Shown here: piece after piece, positions 18,094-28,095 of the stretch
Layout of the letters: each line of letters opens with the position of its first letter
Position numbering within the stretch: the first letter of the stretch is position 1
Assembly (NCBI GenBank): GCA_046290465.1
Contig: JBKAGP010000001.1
Span: 1,824,001-1,888,000 of the forward strand
Origin: Planctomycetota bacterium
GTDB lineage: Bacteria; Planctomycetota; UBA1135; UBA2386
DNA length: 64,000 bases
Direction: 5' to 3'
Translations under genes and position numbers: made by a program
Notes under the pieces: model-generated
Told to the model about the DNA's origin: nothing
The model's input: the letters and a program-made list of their open reading frames with translations, nothing else
Databases searched by the model: none

Positions 18094-19983
18094 CTAGCCT
18101 TCGGTCCGGTTGCTGAACAGCGCCGGCGTCGCGCCGCGGTAGTCGAGCCAGCCGATCCAGACGCGCGCGCTGTCGACCAGCAGCTGCGGCAGGTCCTGCG
18201 CAGCGGTGCCGTCGCCGAACGTGACCGGCGGCGTGAACGTCACGCCGAGGTCGACCGAACTCGCGAACTTGATCCGGCCCGGACCCGTGCCACCGCCGAC
18301 CAGCCCGCCGCGCCACGCGGCAAACAGGTAGTTGCCGCTGGCCTGCAGCGCCGGCCGCGACGGCGACTCGACCGTGTCGCTGAGCGTCACGTGCTCGGGC
18401 AGGGCGCCGGCGCCGCCGATGCGCGAGAACGCGACGTTCTGGCCGGCCAGGTAGGCGGCGAACAGGCGATCGCCCTCGCAGACCACCGTCACGTCGAAGA
18501 TCGTGCCGATGTCGTTGGGTCGGAACACCGACGGCAGCGTCGGCCAGCCGAGCGCCGAGTTCTCGGAGATCATGTACTGCAGCTGGCCGTCGCGCACCCA
18601 GACCAGGTTGACGCGCGCGCCGTCGTTGCAGAGCGAGATGTCGCCGATGCCGATGCTGACCGCGCTGCGCAGCACGCCCGCCGTCCAGAGGATGCCGCCG
18701 TCGGTCGAGCGCGACGTGTAGACGCCTGGACCGGTGCCCGGCGCCGAACCGAACGCGATCCAGGCAGCCGTCTGGTTGCAGCCGATCGCGTGCATCTCCT
18801 GGTTGGCGCCCTGCTCGCTGACCACGCCCCCGGTCTGCCAGACCCCGCCGTTGTTCGGCGTCGAGGTCGCGTGCACGCGCTGCTGGCCGAGGCCGAACGA
18901 GCCCTGCAGCCAGGCGCAGTAGACCCGCGAGCCGGCGCGCGCCAGGCGCGGCCGCGACACGGTCGCGCCGCCCGCAGCGGGATTGAGCGTCACCGCCGCG
19001 TCGAACGTCTGGCCGCCGTCGAGAGAGGCGCGGGCCAGCATGTCGGTGCCGTTGCCGACCCAGGCGACCACCAGCTCGTCGCCGAGCATCGAGATCTGCG
19101 CCGCGCTCGGCACCTCGCCGCTGCTCAGCGTCTGCGGCGCCGACCAGGTCGCACCGCCGTCGATCGAACGCTGGTGCACCAGCGCGCCTGCCTCGACCCA
19201 GACGGCCTGCAGCGTCGCGCCTTCGTTGGCGGTCACCAGCTGCGAGCCGGCCCCCGCGTCGAGCGCGACGTCGGCGGCGAACAGGTCGACCGGGTACTGG
19301 TACATCGTGAACGCGTTGCCGGGCAGCGCGTCGCTGCCGAACGCGTTCTGCACGCCGACCGAGTTGGCGCCGAGCAGGCCCGGCGACGGCGTCGTGCAGG
19401 TCAGCGTGCTGTCGTTGACGACCGTGACGTCGCCTGCTGCCGCACCCCCGAACGACGCGGTGGTATTGACCGCGTTGCCAAGCAGCAGCGACGTGCCGGT
19501 GATGGTCGCGCCCTGCGGCGCGCTGACGAACGCGCTGCTCGGCGTGACCCCGGTGATGGTCGGCGCACCGCTGCGCACGAACAGGATGTCGATCGCCGCA
19601 GCGCCGCCGCGCGGATCCTCGACCAGCAGGTTGAGCGACGCCGAGGCCGGCGCGGCGACCGCGGCCAGGTCGATCGTGAACGTCGGCCCGGTCACCGGCG
19701 AAGCGAACGTCAGCCCGGCCGCGGTCTGGGCACTGCCGCTGACCGCGACGTTCCAGGTCAGCGTGTCCGCGTTCGGGTCGGTGGCCGTGAACGTCAGCGA
19801 GTCGGTCGCGCCGGTCGCGAGCACGTAGTTGAACTGCACCGGACCGCCGCTGAGCCCTGGCGCGGGCGCCAGCAGCGGCGGGTCGTTCGGCTCGGCGGGC
19901 GGCTCGCCGCCACCACCACCACCACCGCCGCCGCAGGCGGTGAGCACGAACAGGGACGCGAGCGCGATCGGAAGAGGACGCAT
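18094..19983 (-). CDS. Lipoprotein with IPT/TIG domain and BNR (Asp-box) beta-propeller
   Basis: Lipobox LTAC plus poly-Gly; PTITGVTPSS..TITGT..LTCTTP; repeats SIDGGATW, SLDGGQTF, STDGGILW, SVDLGVTF. Confidence 0.82.
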   Translation of the reverse strand: MRPLPIALASLFVLTACGGGGGGGGGEPPAEPNDPPLLAPAPGLSGGPVQFNYVLATGATDSLTFTATDPNADTLTWNVAVSGSAQTAAGLTFASPVTGPTFTIDLAAVAAPASASLNLLVEDPRGGAAAIDILFVRSGAPTITGVTPSSAFVSAPQGATITGTSLLLGNAVNTTASFGGAAAGDVTVVNDSTLTCTTPSPGLLGANSVGVQNAFGSDALPGNAFTMYQYPVDLFAADVALDAGAGSQLVTANEGATLQAVWVEAGALVHQRSIDGGATWSAPQTLSSGEVPSAAQISMLGDELVVAWVGNGTDMLARASLDGGQTFDAAVTLNPAAGGATVSRPRLARAGSRVYCAWLQGSFGLGQQRVHATSTPNNGGVWQTGGVVSEQGANQEMHAIGCNQTAAWIAFGSAPGTGPGVYTSRSTDGGILWTAGVLRSAVSIGIGDISLCNDGARVNLVWVRDGQLQYMISENSALGWPTLPSVFRPNDIGTIFDVTVVCEGDRLFAAYLAGQNVAFSRIGGAGALPEHVTLSDTVESPSRPALQASGNYLFAAWRGGLVGGGTGPGRIKFASSVDLGVTFTPPVTFGDGTAAQDLPQLLVDSARVWIGWLDYRGATPALFSNRTEG

Positions 19984-20114
19984 GGCTGTGGCACCTTAGC
20001 CCGCATGCGAACGCGCGTTTCCGCTCACGGCCGCTTTTTTGCGGCCGCCGCGGCGCTCGGGACCCCATCCGCCGGCGACATCGGCGCTTCGCCGCCGCGC
20101 CGGATGCGCCGCCG

Positions 20115-20669
20115 TCAGACGGTCTGCACCGGCCCCGGACTCACCGCGAGCACCGCCGCCAGGTGGGCGGCCAGCGTCGACTCGAGCGCGTGCAGCGCGC
20201 GGGCCTGCGGCAGCAGGCTCTCGCTCGCCTCGTCGAAGATGCAGGCGGTGATCGCACCGCGCACGTACTCGACCAGCGCGCGCGCCGGCGCCTCCATGCC
20301 GAGCCGGTCCGGGCCGGTGCCGCACAGCAGCGGCAGCCACTGCGTCGCCGCCTGGTGGCAGGTCGACGCGTCGGCGCGGCCCTCGCAGATAGTCAGCAGC
20401 CACGAACGCGCGGCGCGGCGGCGGCGGTTGAGCACCGACAGCTGGATCGGCTGCGGGCGCAGCGCCTTCTCGTTGTGGCGGGCGATCGTCCGGTCGACGA
20501 CGCTGCGCACGACGTGCGGCAGGCGCGGTTCGAACGCGCGCTGCAGTTCGGCCACGCCGCGGGCATCGGGCCCTCGCCCGGGCGACGACGGTGCTGCGGG
20601 CTCGAGATACAGGAACGGGCGCGGCTCGCGGCTCGCCGTCGTGTCCGGATACGTCTCCGACTTCGTCAT
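20115..20669 (-). CDS. Hypothetical protein, possibly a degenerate protoglobin-like fold
   Basis: Co-oriented after pabC; all-helical pattern resembling sensor globins; no clear proximal His. Confidence 0.55.
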   Translation of the reverse strand: MTKSETYPDTTASREPRPFLYLEPAAPSSPGRGPDARGVAELQRAFEPRLPHVVRSVVDRTIARHNEKALRPQPIQLSVLNRRRRAARSWLLTICEGRADASTCHQAATQWLPLLCGTGPDRLGMEAPARALVEYVRGAITACIFDEASESLLPQARALHALESTLAAHLAAVLAVSPGPVQTV

Positions 20670-20702
20670 GCCGACGCTATCGGCGCGATCGGGCCCGCGG
20701 CT

Positions 20703-21479
20703 TCAGCCCGCCGTCGCCTGCCGCCACAGCGCGCCGAGGCCACTGTCGACGATCTCGACAGCGGCCAGCTCGCCGAGCAGGCACGCGGGCCGCGGACCGT
20801 AGACGGCGTTGCTGTGCGCGATCGCGTCGGCGCGGTGCAGATCGGCCAGGGTCACGGCCCGTTCTTCGCACCGAAGCCCGGCGTCCCGCGCCCGTTCGAG
20901 CAGCAGCTGGCGGGCGATGCCGGGCAGCACCCGGCCGTCGAGCGGCGGCGTGACCCAGACGCCGTCGAGCCGCAGCCACAGGTTGCCGAGCGCCGCCTCG
21001 AGCACCGCGCCGTCGAGGCCGACCACGATGCCGTCGTCGGCCTCGCCGTCCTGCGCCTGCTGGCGGACCTGGTCGTAGAAGCGCCGCGGCTCCGCCTTGA
21101 CGTCGCCCGGCGGCGCGTCGTGCGGCCGTTCGACGATCGTCGGCAGCAGCTTGACGGTGCGGATCGGCGAGCGCGCGCGCGAGCTGAGCACCACGCGCAC
21201 CGGGCCGGCCGACGCGTCGTCGTCGGGCACCAGCGACAGCCGCAGCACGTCGTCGGCGTGGCCGTTCTTGAGCAGCACCTCGGCGGCCGCCGCGCGCAGC
21301 TCGGGCGTCGGCGCGAACGGCAGGCCGAGGCGCCGCGCGGTGCCGACGAGCCGGTCGAGGTGGCGCGACCACAGCGGCACGTCGCCGTCGTGCGCCCCCA
21401 TCGTCTCGAACGGGGCGATCGCCTTGCTGCGCGGCACGGTCGAGCCGCCCTGCAGTTCGCCGTCTATCCAGATGGTCAT
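20703..21479 (-). CDS. pabC: Class IV aminotransferase family, probable 4-amino-4-deoxychorismate lyase
   Basis: IWIDG, FETM, HLDRL, VLE...GNLW, TPPLDGRVLPGIAR; adjacent to pabB-like gene. Confidence 0.75.
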   Translation of the reverse strand: MTIWIDGELQGGSTVPRSKAIAPFETMGAHDGDVPLWSRHLDRLVGTARRLGLPFAPTPELRAAAAEVLLKNGHADDVLRLSLVPDDDASAGPVRVVLSSRARSPIRTVKLLPTIVERPHDAPPGDVKAEPRRFYDQVRQQAQDGEADDGIVVGLDGAVLEAALGNLWLRLDGVWVTPPLDGRVLPGIARQLLLERARDAGLRCEERAVTLADLHRADAIAHSNAVYGPRPACLLGELAAVEIVDSGLGALWRQATAG

Positions 21480-21552
21480 GGGTTCCAGATGGTCAGGGGT
21501 TCCAGATGGTCAGGAGTTCCGGATGGTCAGGGGTTCCGGATGGTCAGGGGTT
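21471..21552. repeat. 17-bp tandem repeat, ~4.8 copies, spanning pabB stop to pabC start
   Basis: GATGGTCAGGGGTTCC(A/G) units start at 21471, 21488, 21505, 21522 and 21539. Confidence 0.95.
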
Positions 21553-22742
21553 GGGCTCCGCGGGGATCTGCACCCGGTTCTGCAGCGCGCGCTCCAGACC
21601 GACCATCTTCGCCAACGACTCGCGCCATTCCAGGTGCGGGTCGCTGAGCGCCGTGATGCCGCCGCCGGCGTTGCCGCGCACGGTGCCGTCGCGGTGCACG
21701 AGCGTGCGGATGGCGATGTTGAGGTGCATGCGTTCGCCCGGGCCGAACCAGCCGATCGCGCCGGTGTAGACGCCGCGCCGCGCGACCTCGAGCGACTCGA
21801 GGATCTCGAGGCAGCGCAGCTTCGGGCAGCCGGTGATCGAGCCACCGGGGAACGTCGCGCGCAGCAGGTCGACCGCCGACACGCCGTCGCGCAGCGTCGC
21901 GGTCACGGTCGCGAACAGATGGTGCACCTGCGCGAACGACGCGTGCTGCGGGAACGGCCCCACCTGCACGGAGCCGGTCCGCGCGACCTTGCCGAGGTCG
22001 TTGCGCAGCAGGTCGACGATCATCGCCAGCTCGGCCTGGTCCTTCTCGCTGTCGAGCAGTTCGCGCAGCAGCGCCGCGTCGCGGTCGGGCTGCTCGCCGC
22101 GCGGTCGCGTGCCCTTGATCGGCAGCGTGCGCACGGCATCGCCGTCACGCCACAAGAACTCCTCGGGCGAGCTCGACAGCACCGCGGTGCCGTGGCCGTC
22201 CTCGACGTAGGCGGCGAACGGTGCCGGGCTCTGTTCGCACAGCCGCCAGAACAGCGCGCGCGGGTCGCCGTCGAAGCGGCCGGTGAACGGCTGCGTCAGG
22301 TTGGCCTGGAAGATGTCGCCGGCCCGGATGTGCTCGACCACCGCCGCGACCCGCCGTTCGTAGTCGGCGCGGCCGACGTGCGCGATCAGCCCGGTCGCGG
22401 CCGGCACCGCGGGCGCGCCGGCGGCCGTCGCGTCGGCGAACTCCTGCACGTCGGCGAACGCCGTCAGGTGCACCAGCGGCGCCCCCAGGTCGTCGGCGAT
22501 CGTCGTCGGCCACGCCTCGACGTCGAGGCCAAGGTCGTAGCCGAGCCAGCCGACCACGCGCCGATCCCGGTGCGCGCGCAAGAACGCGTCGACGCGATCG
22601 AAGGCCCCGCGCCAGTCGCCGGCCGCGATCGTCAGCGACGCGACCGGGTGGGTGCAGAGCCAGGTCGGCCCGACGCCGCCGCCGTGCAGCAGCGCGACCG
22701 GGCCGTCGCGCCGTGCTGCGAGCAGCGCGTCGAACGGCCGGT

Positions 22743-22746
<4 letters not shown>
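21544..22746 (-). CDS. pabB: Aminodeoxychorismate synthase component I (chorismate-binding family)
   Basis: GDIFQANL, SPAPFAAY, SSPEEF, PIKGTRPR, KDQAELAMIVDLLRNDLGK, FPGGSITGCPK, RGVYTG; GTG start at 22746. Confidence 0.85.
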
Positions 22747-23529
<783 letters not shown>

Positions 23530-23537
<8 letters not shown>

Positions 23538-24102
23538 CGTTCTGCTCGCCTTCCGGGTTGCGTTCCTGACGCGGGCGCAGCTCGACGCGCTGGATCTCGA
23601 CGCGCTCGGTCGGCACGCTCTGCTCGCCGCCGGGACCGAACTCGCACGGGATCGACGCGATCTCGTCGAGTACGTCGAGGCCGTCTTCGACCTTGCCGAA
23701 CACCGTGTACTGGCCGTCGAGGAAACCCGCGTCGCCGTGCACGACGAAGAACTGCGAGCCGGCCGAGTTGGGATCCTGGGCGCGCGCCATCGACAGGATG
23801 CCGCGCTCGTGGTGGATGTCGTTGAACTCGGCGGGGACGTTGTAGCCCGGGCCGCCGGTGCCCGGCGTGCCGGTGGCGCCCTGCTTGCTGTTCGGGCAAC
23901 CACCCTGGATCATGAAGTTGCGCACGATCCGGTGGAACGCGGTGCCGTCGTAGTAGCCGTCCTGCGAGAGCTTCAGGAAGCTCTTGACGTGCTGCGGCGC
24001 CTGTTCGGGGAAGAACGTCACGACCATCGTGCCCTTGTCGGTGACGAGGGCGGCCTCGATGGTCGCGTGATCGGTCGTTTCGAGGTCCATGGAGCGGGAC
24101 AT
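23530..24102 (-). CDS. Cyclophilin-type peptidyl-prolyl cis-trans isomerase
   Basis: YDGTAFHRIVRNFMIQGG, LSMARAQDPNSAGSQFF, YTVFG. Confidence 0.95.
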
Positions 24103-24129
24103 CGTGCCCGCTCCGGCCCCTTCAGGCGA

Positions 24130-25098
24130 CTACTTCTTCTTGACCGGCAGCACCACCGCGGCCTCGAGCACGACCGGCTGCTGCGGGGTCGAGCGCTGCG
24201 GGCCGCCGACCGCCACGTTAGCGATCGCGTCGAGCACGTCGGTGCCTTCGACCAGGTTGCCGAACGCCGAGTACTGGTTGTCCAGGTGCGGCGAGTCCTT
24301 GTGCACGATGAAGAAGCCCGAGCCGGCCGAGTTCGGATCCGACGTGCGGGCCATCGACAGCGTGCCCTTCAGGTGGCGCAGGTCGTTGAACTCGGCGTCG
24401 ATCCGGTAGCCGGGACCGCCGCTGCCCCACTGCGCGCGCTTGGTCTCGTCCTTGGTGTTGGGGCAGCCGCCCTGGATCATGAAGTTGCGGATCACGCGGT
24501 GGAACTTGGTGCCGTCGTAGAAGCCCTGCAGGCACAGCTTGACGAAGTTCTCGACGTGGCGCGGCGCCTTGTCGGGGCGGAAGGCCAGCTGCATCTCGCC
24601 GTAGTTGGTGACCAGGATCACCTGGGTCTTGGCGAGGTCGAGCTGCTCGACCTTCACGTTCGAGCTGTCGGGCGCGACCTTGAAGGTGCAGTCGACGCCG
24701 ACCTGGTCCTTCCAGCCGACCGCGACCACGGCCATCTCCTGGAGGTCCGGGTTGGCCATGAACGCCGACACCGGGAAGGTCAGCTGCCGCTCGATGCGCG
24801 TGCCCTTGACCAGCGGCACGGCGCCGCCCTTGCCGGGCTGGCTGATCGGGTTGGCCGGCTTGCCGCCGACCCGCACCGTCAGGTCCATGCCGTTGAGCAT
24901 GGTCGCCGCGACCTCGGTGTCGCGGGAGACCTCGACCAGCAGCCGCAGGGTCACGTCCGCCTTCGCGGAGACAATCGCGGGACCGGTCAGCGACATGCGC
25001 ACGGCCGGCACTTCCTGGAGCACCGGCTTGTCCTGGGCGGAGACGGCCGCGGCCAGCGAGAGCGCGGCGGCGGTGACGACAGCGAGGAAGTTCTTCAT
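24130..25098 (-). CDS. Secreted cyclophilin-type PPIase with extra N-terminal domain
   Basis: Signal peptide ...AVSA-Q; FYDGTKFHRVIRNFMIQGG, LSMART.DPNSAGS. Confidence 0.93.
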   Translation of the reverse strand: MKNFLAVVTAAALSLAAAVSAQDKPVLQEVPAVRMSLTGPAIVSAKADVTLRLLVEVSRDTEVAATMLNGMDLTVRVGGKPANPISQPGKGGAVPLVKGTRIERQLTFPVSAFMANPDLQEMAVVAVGWKDQVGVDCTFKVAPDSSNVKVEQLDLAKTQVILVTNYGEMQLAFRPDKAPRHVENFVKLCLQGFYDGTKFHRVIRNFMIQGGCPNTKDETKRAQWGSGGPGYRIDAEFNDLRHLKGTLSMARTSDPNSAGSGFFIVHKDSPHLDNQYSAFGNLVEGTDVLDAIANVAVGGPQRSTPQQPVVLEAAVVLPVKKK

Positions 25099-25189
25099 CG
25101 GGAACGGATAGGGATTCTGGCCCCGAACGTAATCGAAGCCCCCGAACTTCCCAGCCCGTTCCCGGCGGCCGGCGGCCGGGATCCGCCGG

Positions 25190-25627
25190 TCAGTCGCCGT
25201 CGAGCACCGGCGCCGGACGGCGGCGCCCCTGCAGCAGTTCGCCGACCAGCCCCTCGCGCCAGCGCTCGAGCACGAGGTCCCGATCGAACCAGAGCACGCA
25301 GCCGGGCAGGTGGTTGCCGCCGAAGTCCATCTCGAAGCTCAGCGAGGCGTCGTCCCCCACCGGCGCCGAGATGTCGAGGCCCCAGCCGTACTGCTGGCTC
25401 CAGTACCAGATCAGCGCGACGCCCGACGACAGGTCCATGCCGACCTGGTACTCCTGCACGTCGACCGGCGCACCGAGCTTCTGCAGACAGGTCGTCAGGT
25501 CGTCCTTGCCGGGCTGCAGTGCGCGCAGCAGCTCGAGGTCGACCGGCTCGTTGATCGAGACCTGGTTGTAGTTGCCCGTGACGCAGGCGCCGACGCACAG
25601 CAGGGGCAGCAGCGCTGCCGACCTCAC
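25190..25627 (-). CDS. Putative lipoprotein, SmpA/BamE-like
   Basis: GTG start overlapping upstream stop; lipobox VGAC; INEPVD..L.PGK....L.KLGAP parallels the upstream gene. Confidence 0.65.
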   Translation of the reverse strand: MRSAALLPLLCVGACVTGNYNQVSINEPVDLELLRALQPGKDDLTTCLQKLGAPVDVQEYQVGMDLSSGVALIWYWSQQYGWGLDISAPVGDDASLSFEMDFGGNHLPGCVLWFDRDLVLERWREGLVGELLQGRRRPAPVLDGD

Positions 25628-26070
25628 TTGCCGACTCCCGGTCGGTCGGCGTCGCGCGCGGCGTTGTCTTCGGCTTCGTGCACGTCCTCCCACGGCATCG
25701 CGTACTGGGTCCGGTGCGAACCGTAGGTGGCGCCGAAGTGCGACAGCACGTCGTTCTCGTCGAAGAACACCCACAGCCGGTCCTGCCGGGTGTCCTGGTT
25801 GCCGAGGTTGACCAGCAGCAGGAACAGCACCGCGCTCTTGGTCGTGCTCGAGTCGTAGCGGTAGGCGGTGCGCTTGCCGAGCTGCACGACCTCGTTGGGG
25901 CCGCCGAGCTTCTCGACCACCTGGCGGGCGGTCGTGGTGCCCGGCACCAGCTCGTTGACGAGCCGCGCGTCGATCGGCTCGTTGAGGTCCTGGCGGGCGA
26001 TGCCGCAGCCGCAAAGGGTGCTGGCGAGGGTCGCGGCGAGGGAGAGGGACAGCGTTCGGAACAGCTTCAT
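25624..26070 (-). CDS. SmpA/OmlA (BamE-like) lipoprotein
   Basis: Lipobox LCGC; LVPGTTTARQVVEKLGGP..YRY..LWVFFDENDVL. Confidence 0.72.
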   Translation of the reverse strand: MKLFRTLSLSLAATLASTLCGCGIARQDLNEPIDARLVNELVPGTTTARQVVEKLGGPNEVVQLGKRTAYRYDSSTTKSAVLFLLLVNLGNQDTRQDRLWVFFDENDVLSHFGATYGSHRTQYAMPWEDVHEAEDNAARDADRPGVGK

Positions 26071-26221
26071 GCTTTCTGCGAGGGGTCGATCGGGGCGCGC
26101 CACGCGGCGCGCGAAGACTCGCGGCGCGGGAGCGGCGGCCGCAGGTGGCCGTTGCGCCGGATTCTCGTTCGCAGCAGCGGCGATTTTCCGGACGGCTGGG
26201 CCTGCCGGACAGGGCATCGGA

Positions 26222-27400
26222 TCAGCGTTCGAACTCCATCGCCATGCCCATGCCGCCGCTCATGCACAGCGTCGCGAGGCCGCGCTTGCCGTCACGGCGC
26301 GCCAGTTCGTGCAGCAGCGTGACGACGATGCGCGCGCCGGTCGCGCCGATCGGGTGGCCGAGCGCGATCGCGCCGCCGTTGACGTTGAGCCGCTCGCGAT
26401 CGATCGGCAGGTCGCGCAGGCACGCGAGCATCTGCGCCGCGAACGCCTCGTTGAGCTCGACCAGGTCGAAGTCGGCGAGCGAGCGACCGGCCCGCTCGCA
26501 CAGCTTCTTGACGGCCGGCACCGGACCGATGCCCATGATGCGCGGCGCGACGCCGGCGGTCGCCGACGCGCCGAGCCAGGCCAGCGGCGTCAGGCCGCGG
26601 CGCTCCACCTCGCTCTGCGGCATCAGCACGACGGCGGCGCCGCCGTCGGTGATGCCCGAGCTGTTGCCGGCGTGCACGGTGCCGTTGTCGCGGCGGAACA
26701 CCGGCTTGAGCTTCTGCAGGTCTTGCAGCGTCACGCCGGCACGGATGTGCTCGTCGGTCGCGACCTCGACCTCCTGCTTGCGCTGCTTGACGGTCAGCTT
26801 GACGACCTCGTCGTCGAAGCGGCCGGCCCGCTGCGCGGCCTCACCGCGGCGGTGCGACGCGAGCGCGTATTCGTCCTGCTCGTCCCGGGTGATGCCGTAG
26901 TCGTCGACCAGGTACTCGGCGGTCATGCCCATCGGCTCGTCGAGGATGCCGCAGGTGAAGCCGTCCTTGTAGTTGCCGTCCTGCACCTCGCGGTGGCCGA
27001 GCCGGTAGCCCTGGCGGAAGTCCGGCAGCAGGAACGGGATGTTCGTCATGCTCTCCATGCCGCCCGCGACCACCACCTTCTGGCCGTCGAGCAGGATCGC
27101 CGCGCGGGCCAGGTCGATCGCCTTCAGGCTGCTGCCGCAGGCCTTGTTGACGGTGGTCGCCACCGCTCCCTCGCCACAGCCGGCGCGGATCGCGACCTGC
27201 CGGGCCGGGTTCGGACCCGAGCCGAGCTGACGCGCCTGGCCCATGTACACTTCGTCGACATCCGTAGGGGCAACCCCGCAGCGCTCGAGCGCGCCCGCAA
27301 CGGCGGCACAGCCCAGATCCACCGCTGACAGCGGCGACAGGGAGCCGAGAAACTTGCCGATCGGGGTCCGGACGGCGCTGACGATCGCGATGCGTTCCAT
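26222..27400 (-). CDS. Acetyl-CoA C-acetyltransferase (thiolase)
   Basis: SAVRTPIG, NKACGS, AGGMESM, ELNEAFA, NVNGGAIALGHPIGATG, LCMSGGMG. Confidence 0.96.
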   Translation of the reverse strand: MERIAIVSAVRTPIGKFLGSLSPLSAVDLGCAAVAGALERCGVAPTDVDEVYMGQARQLGSGPNPARQVAIRAGCGEGAVATTVNKACGSSLKAIDLARAAILLDGQKVVVAGGMESMTNIPFLLPDFRQGYRLGHREVQDGNYKDGFTCGILDEPMGMTAEYLVDDYGITRDEQDEYALASHRRGEAAQRAGRFDDEVVKLTVKQRKQEVEVATDEHIRAGVTLQDLQKLKPVFRRDNGTVHAGNSSGITDGGAAVVLMPQSEVERRGLTPLAWLGASATAGVAPRIMGIGPVPAVKKLCERAGRSLADFDLVELNEAFAAQMLACLRDLPIDRERLNVNGGAIALGHPIGATGARIVVTLLHELARRDGKRGLATLCMSGGMGMAMEFER

Positions 27401-27489
27401 CGCCGGCAGTGTGGGGTCCGGCCCCGGCGGTCGCAAGCGGCTTGCAGGGTCTTCACCGGGGCGCGCCCGAAGGCCGATGAAAGAGGCCG

Positions 27490-28095
27490 ATGAACGGGCG
27501 ATCCCGAACCCCCGACGACGCGACGGCCTTCCGCGAGGTGGTCTCGCAGTGGCTGCTCGCTGCGCGCACCGAGGTCAAGAAGGCCTCGTCGCTGCCGTCG
27601 TCGATGTTCGACGCCTCCGACCCGATGCTCGAGGCGCGCCTGGCCGAAACCGTCGAGGCGATGATGCAGTTGCTACACGAGCCCGAGGCGGCGGCGCTCG
27701 CCAGGCAGGCCTCCGGCGAACACCTCGAACTTCGCGCCGAGCACGTCTCGGACGAAGAGCTGCGCGCGCTGCCGCACCACATCCGCCACGACCTCGACGA
27801 GGCCGACCTCGAGGACCACGTCTCGTCCGAGTACCTCAACCTGCTGATCGACACGTGCACGACCGGCGACGCGCCGACCCAGGCGGCGGCGCGCGCGTTG
27901 CTGGCGCAGGACTTCGACGTCGCGTCGACCTCGGACCTCGATGCGGCCACCCAAGAGCTGTTCCACTGCATGCAGCGGGTCATCGGCGCGGCCGGCGCCG
28001 ACGAGGCCGACGAACGGCGCCTCGCCGAGCTGTGCGAGGCGATCGCCGCGACGGTCGTGGTCGCCGCCAACCAACCCGAGGAGCCGAACCCGTGA
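27490..28095 (+). CDS. Hypothetical acidic helical protein
   Basis: RBS AAGAGG before ATG; normal codon usage; GTGA coupling to the HD-GYP gene. Confidence 0.7.
   Translation: MNGRSRTPDDATAFREVVSQWLLAARTEVKKASSLPSSMFDASDPMLEARLAETVEAMMQLLHEPEAAALARQASGEHLELRAEHVSDEELRALPHHIRHDLDEADLEDHVSSEYLNLLIDTCTTGDAPTQAAARALLAQDFDVASTSDLDAATQELFHCMQRVIGAAGADEADERRLAELCEAIAATVVVAANQPEEPNP

Noticed and set aside
21471..21552. CRISPR or iteron array
   Set aside because: Contiguous 17-mers without spacers, derived from the gene junction; no rep gene or AT-rich origin
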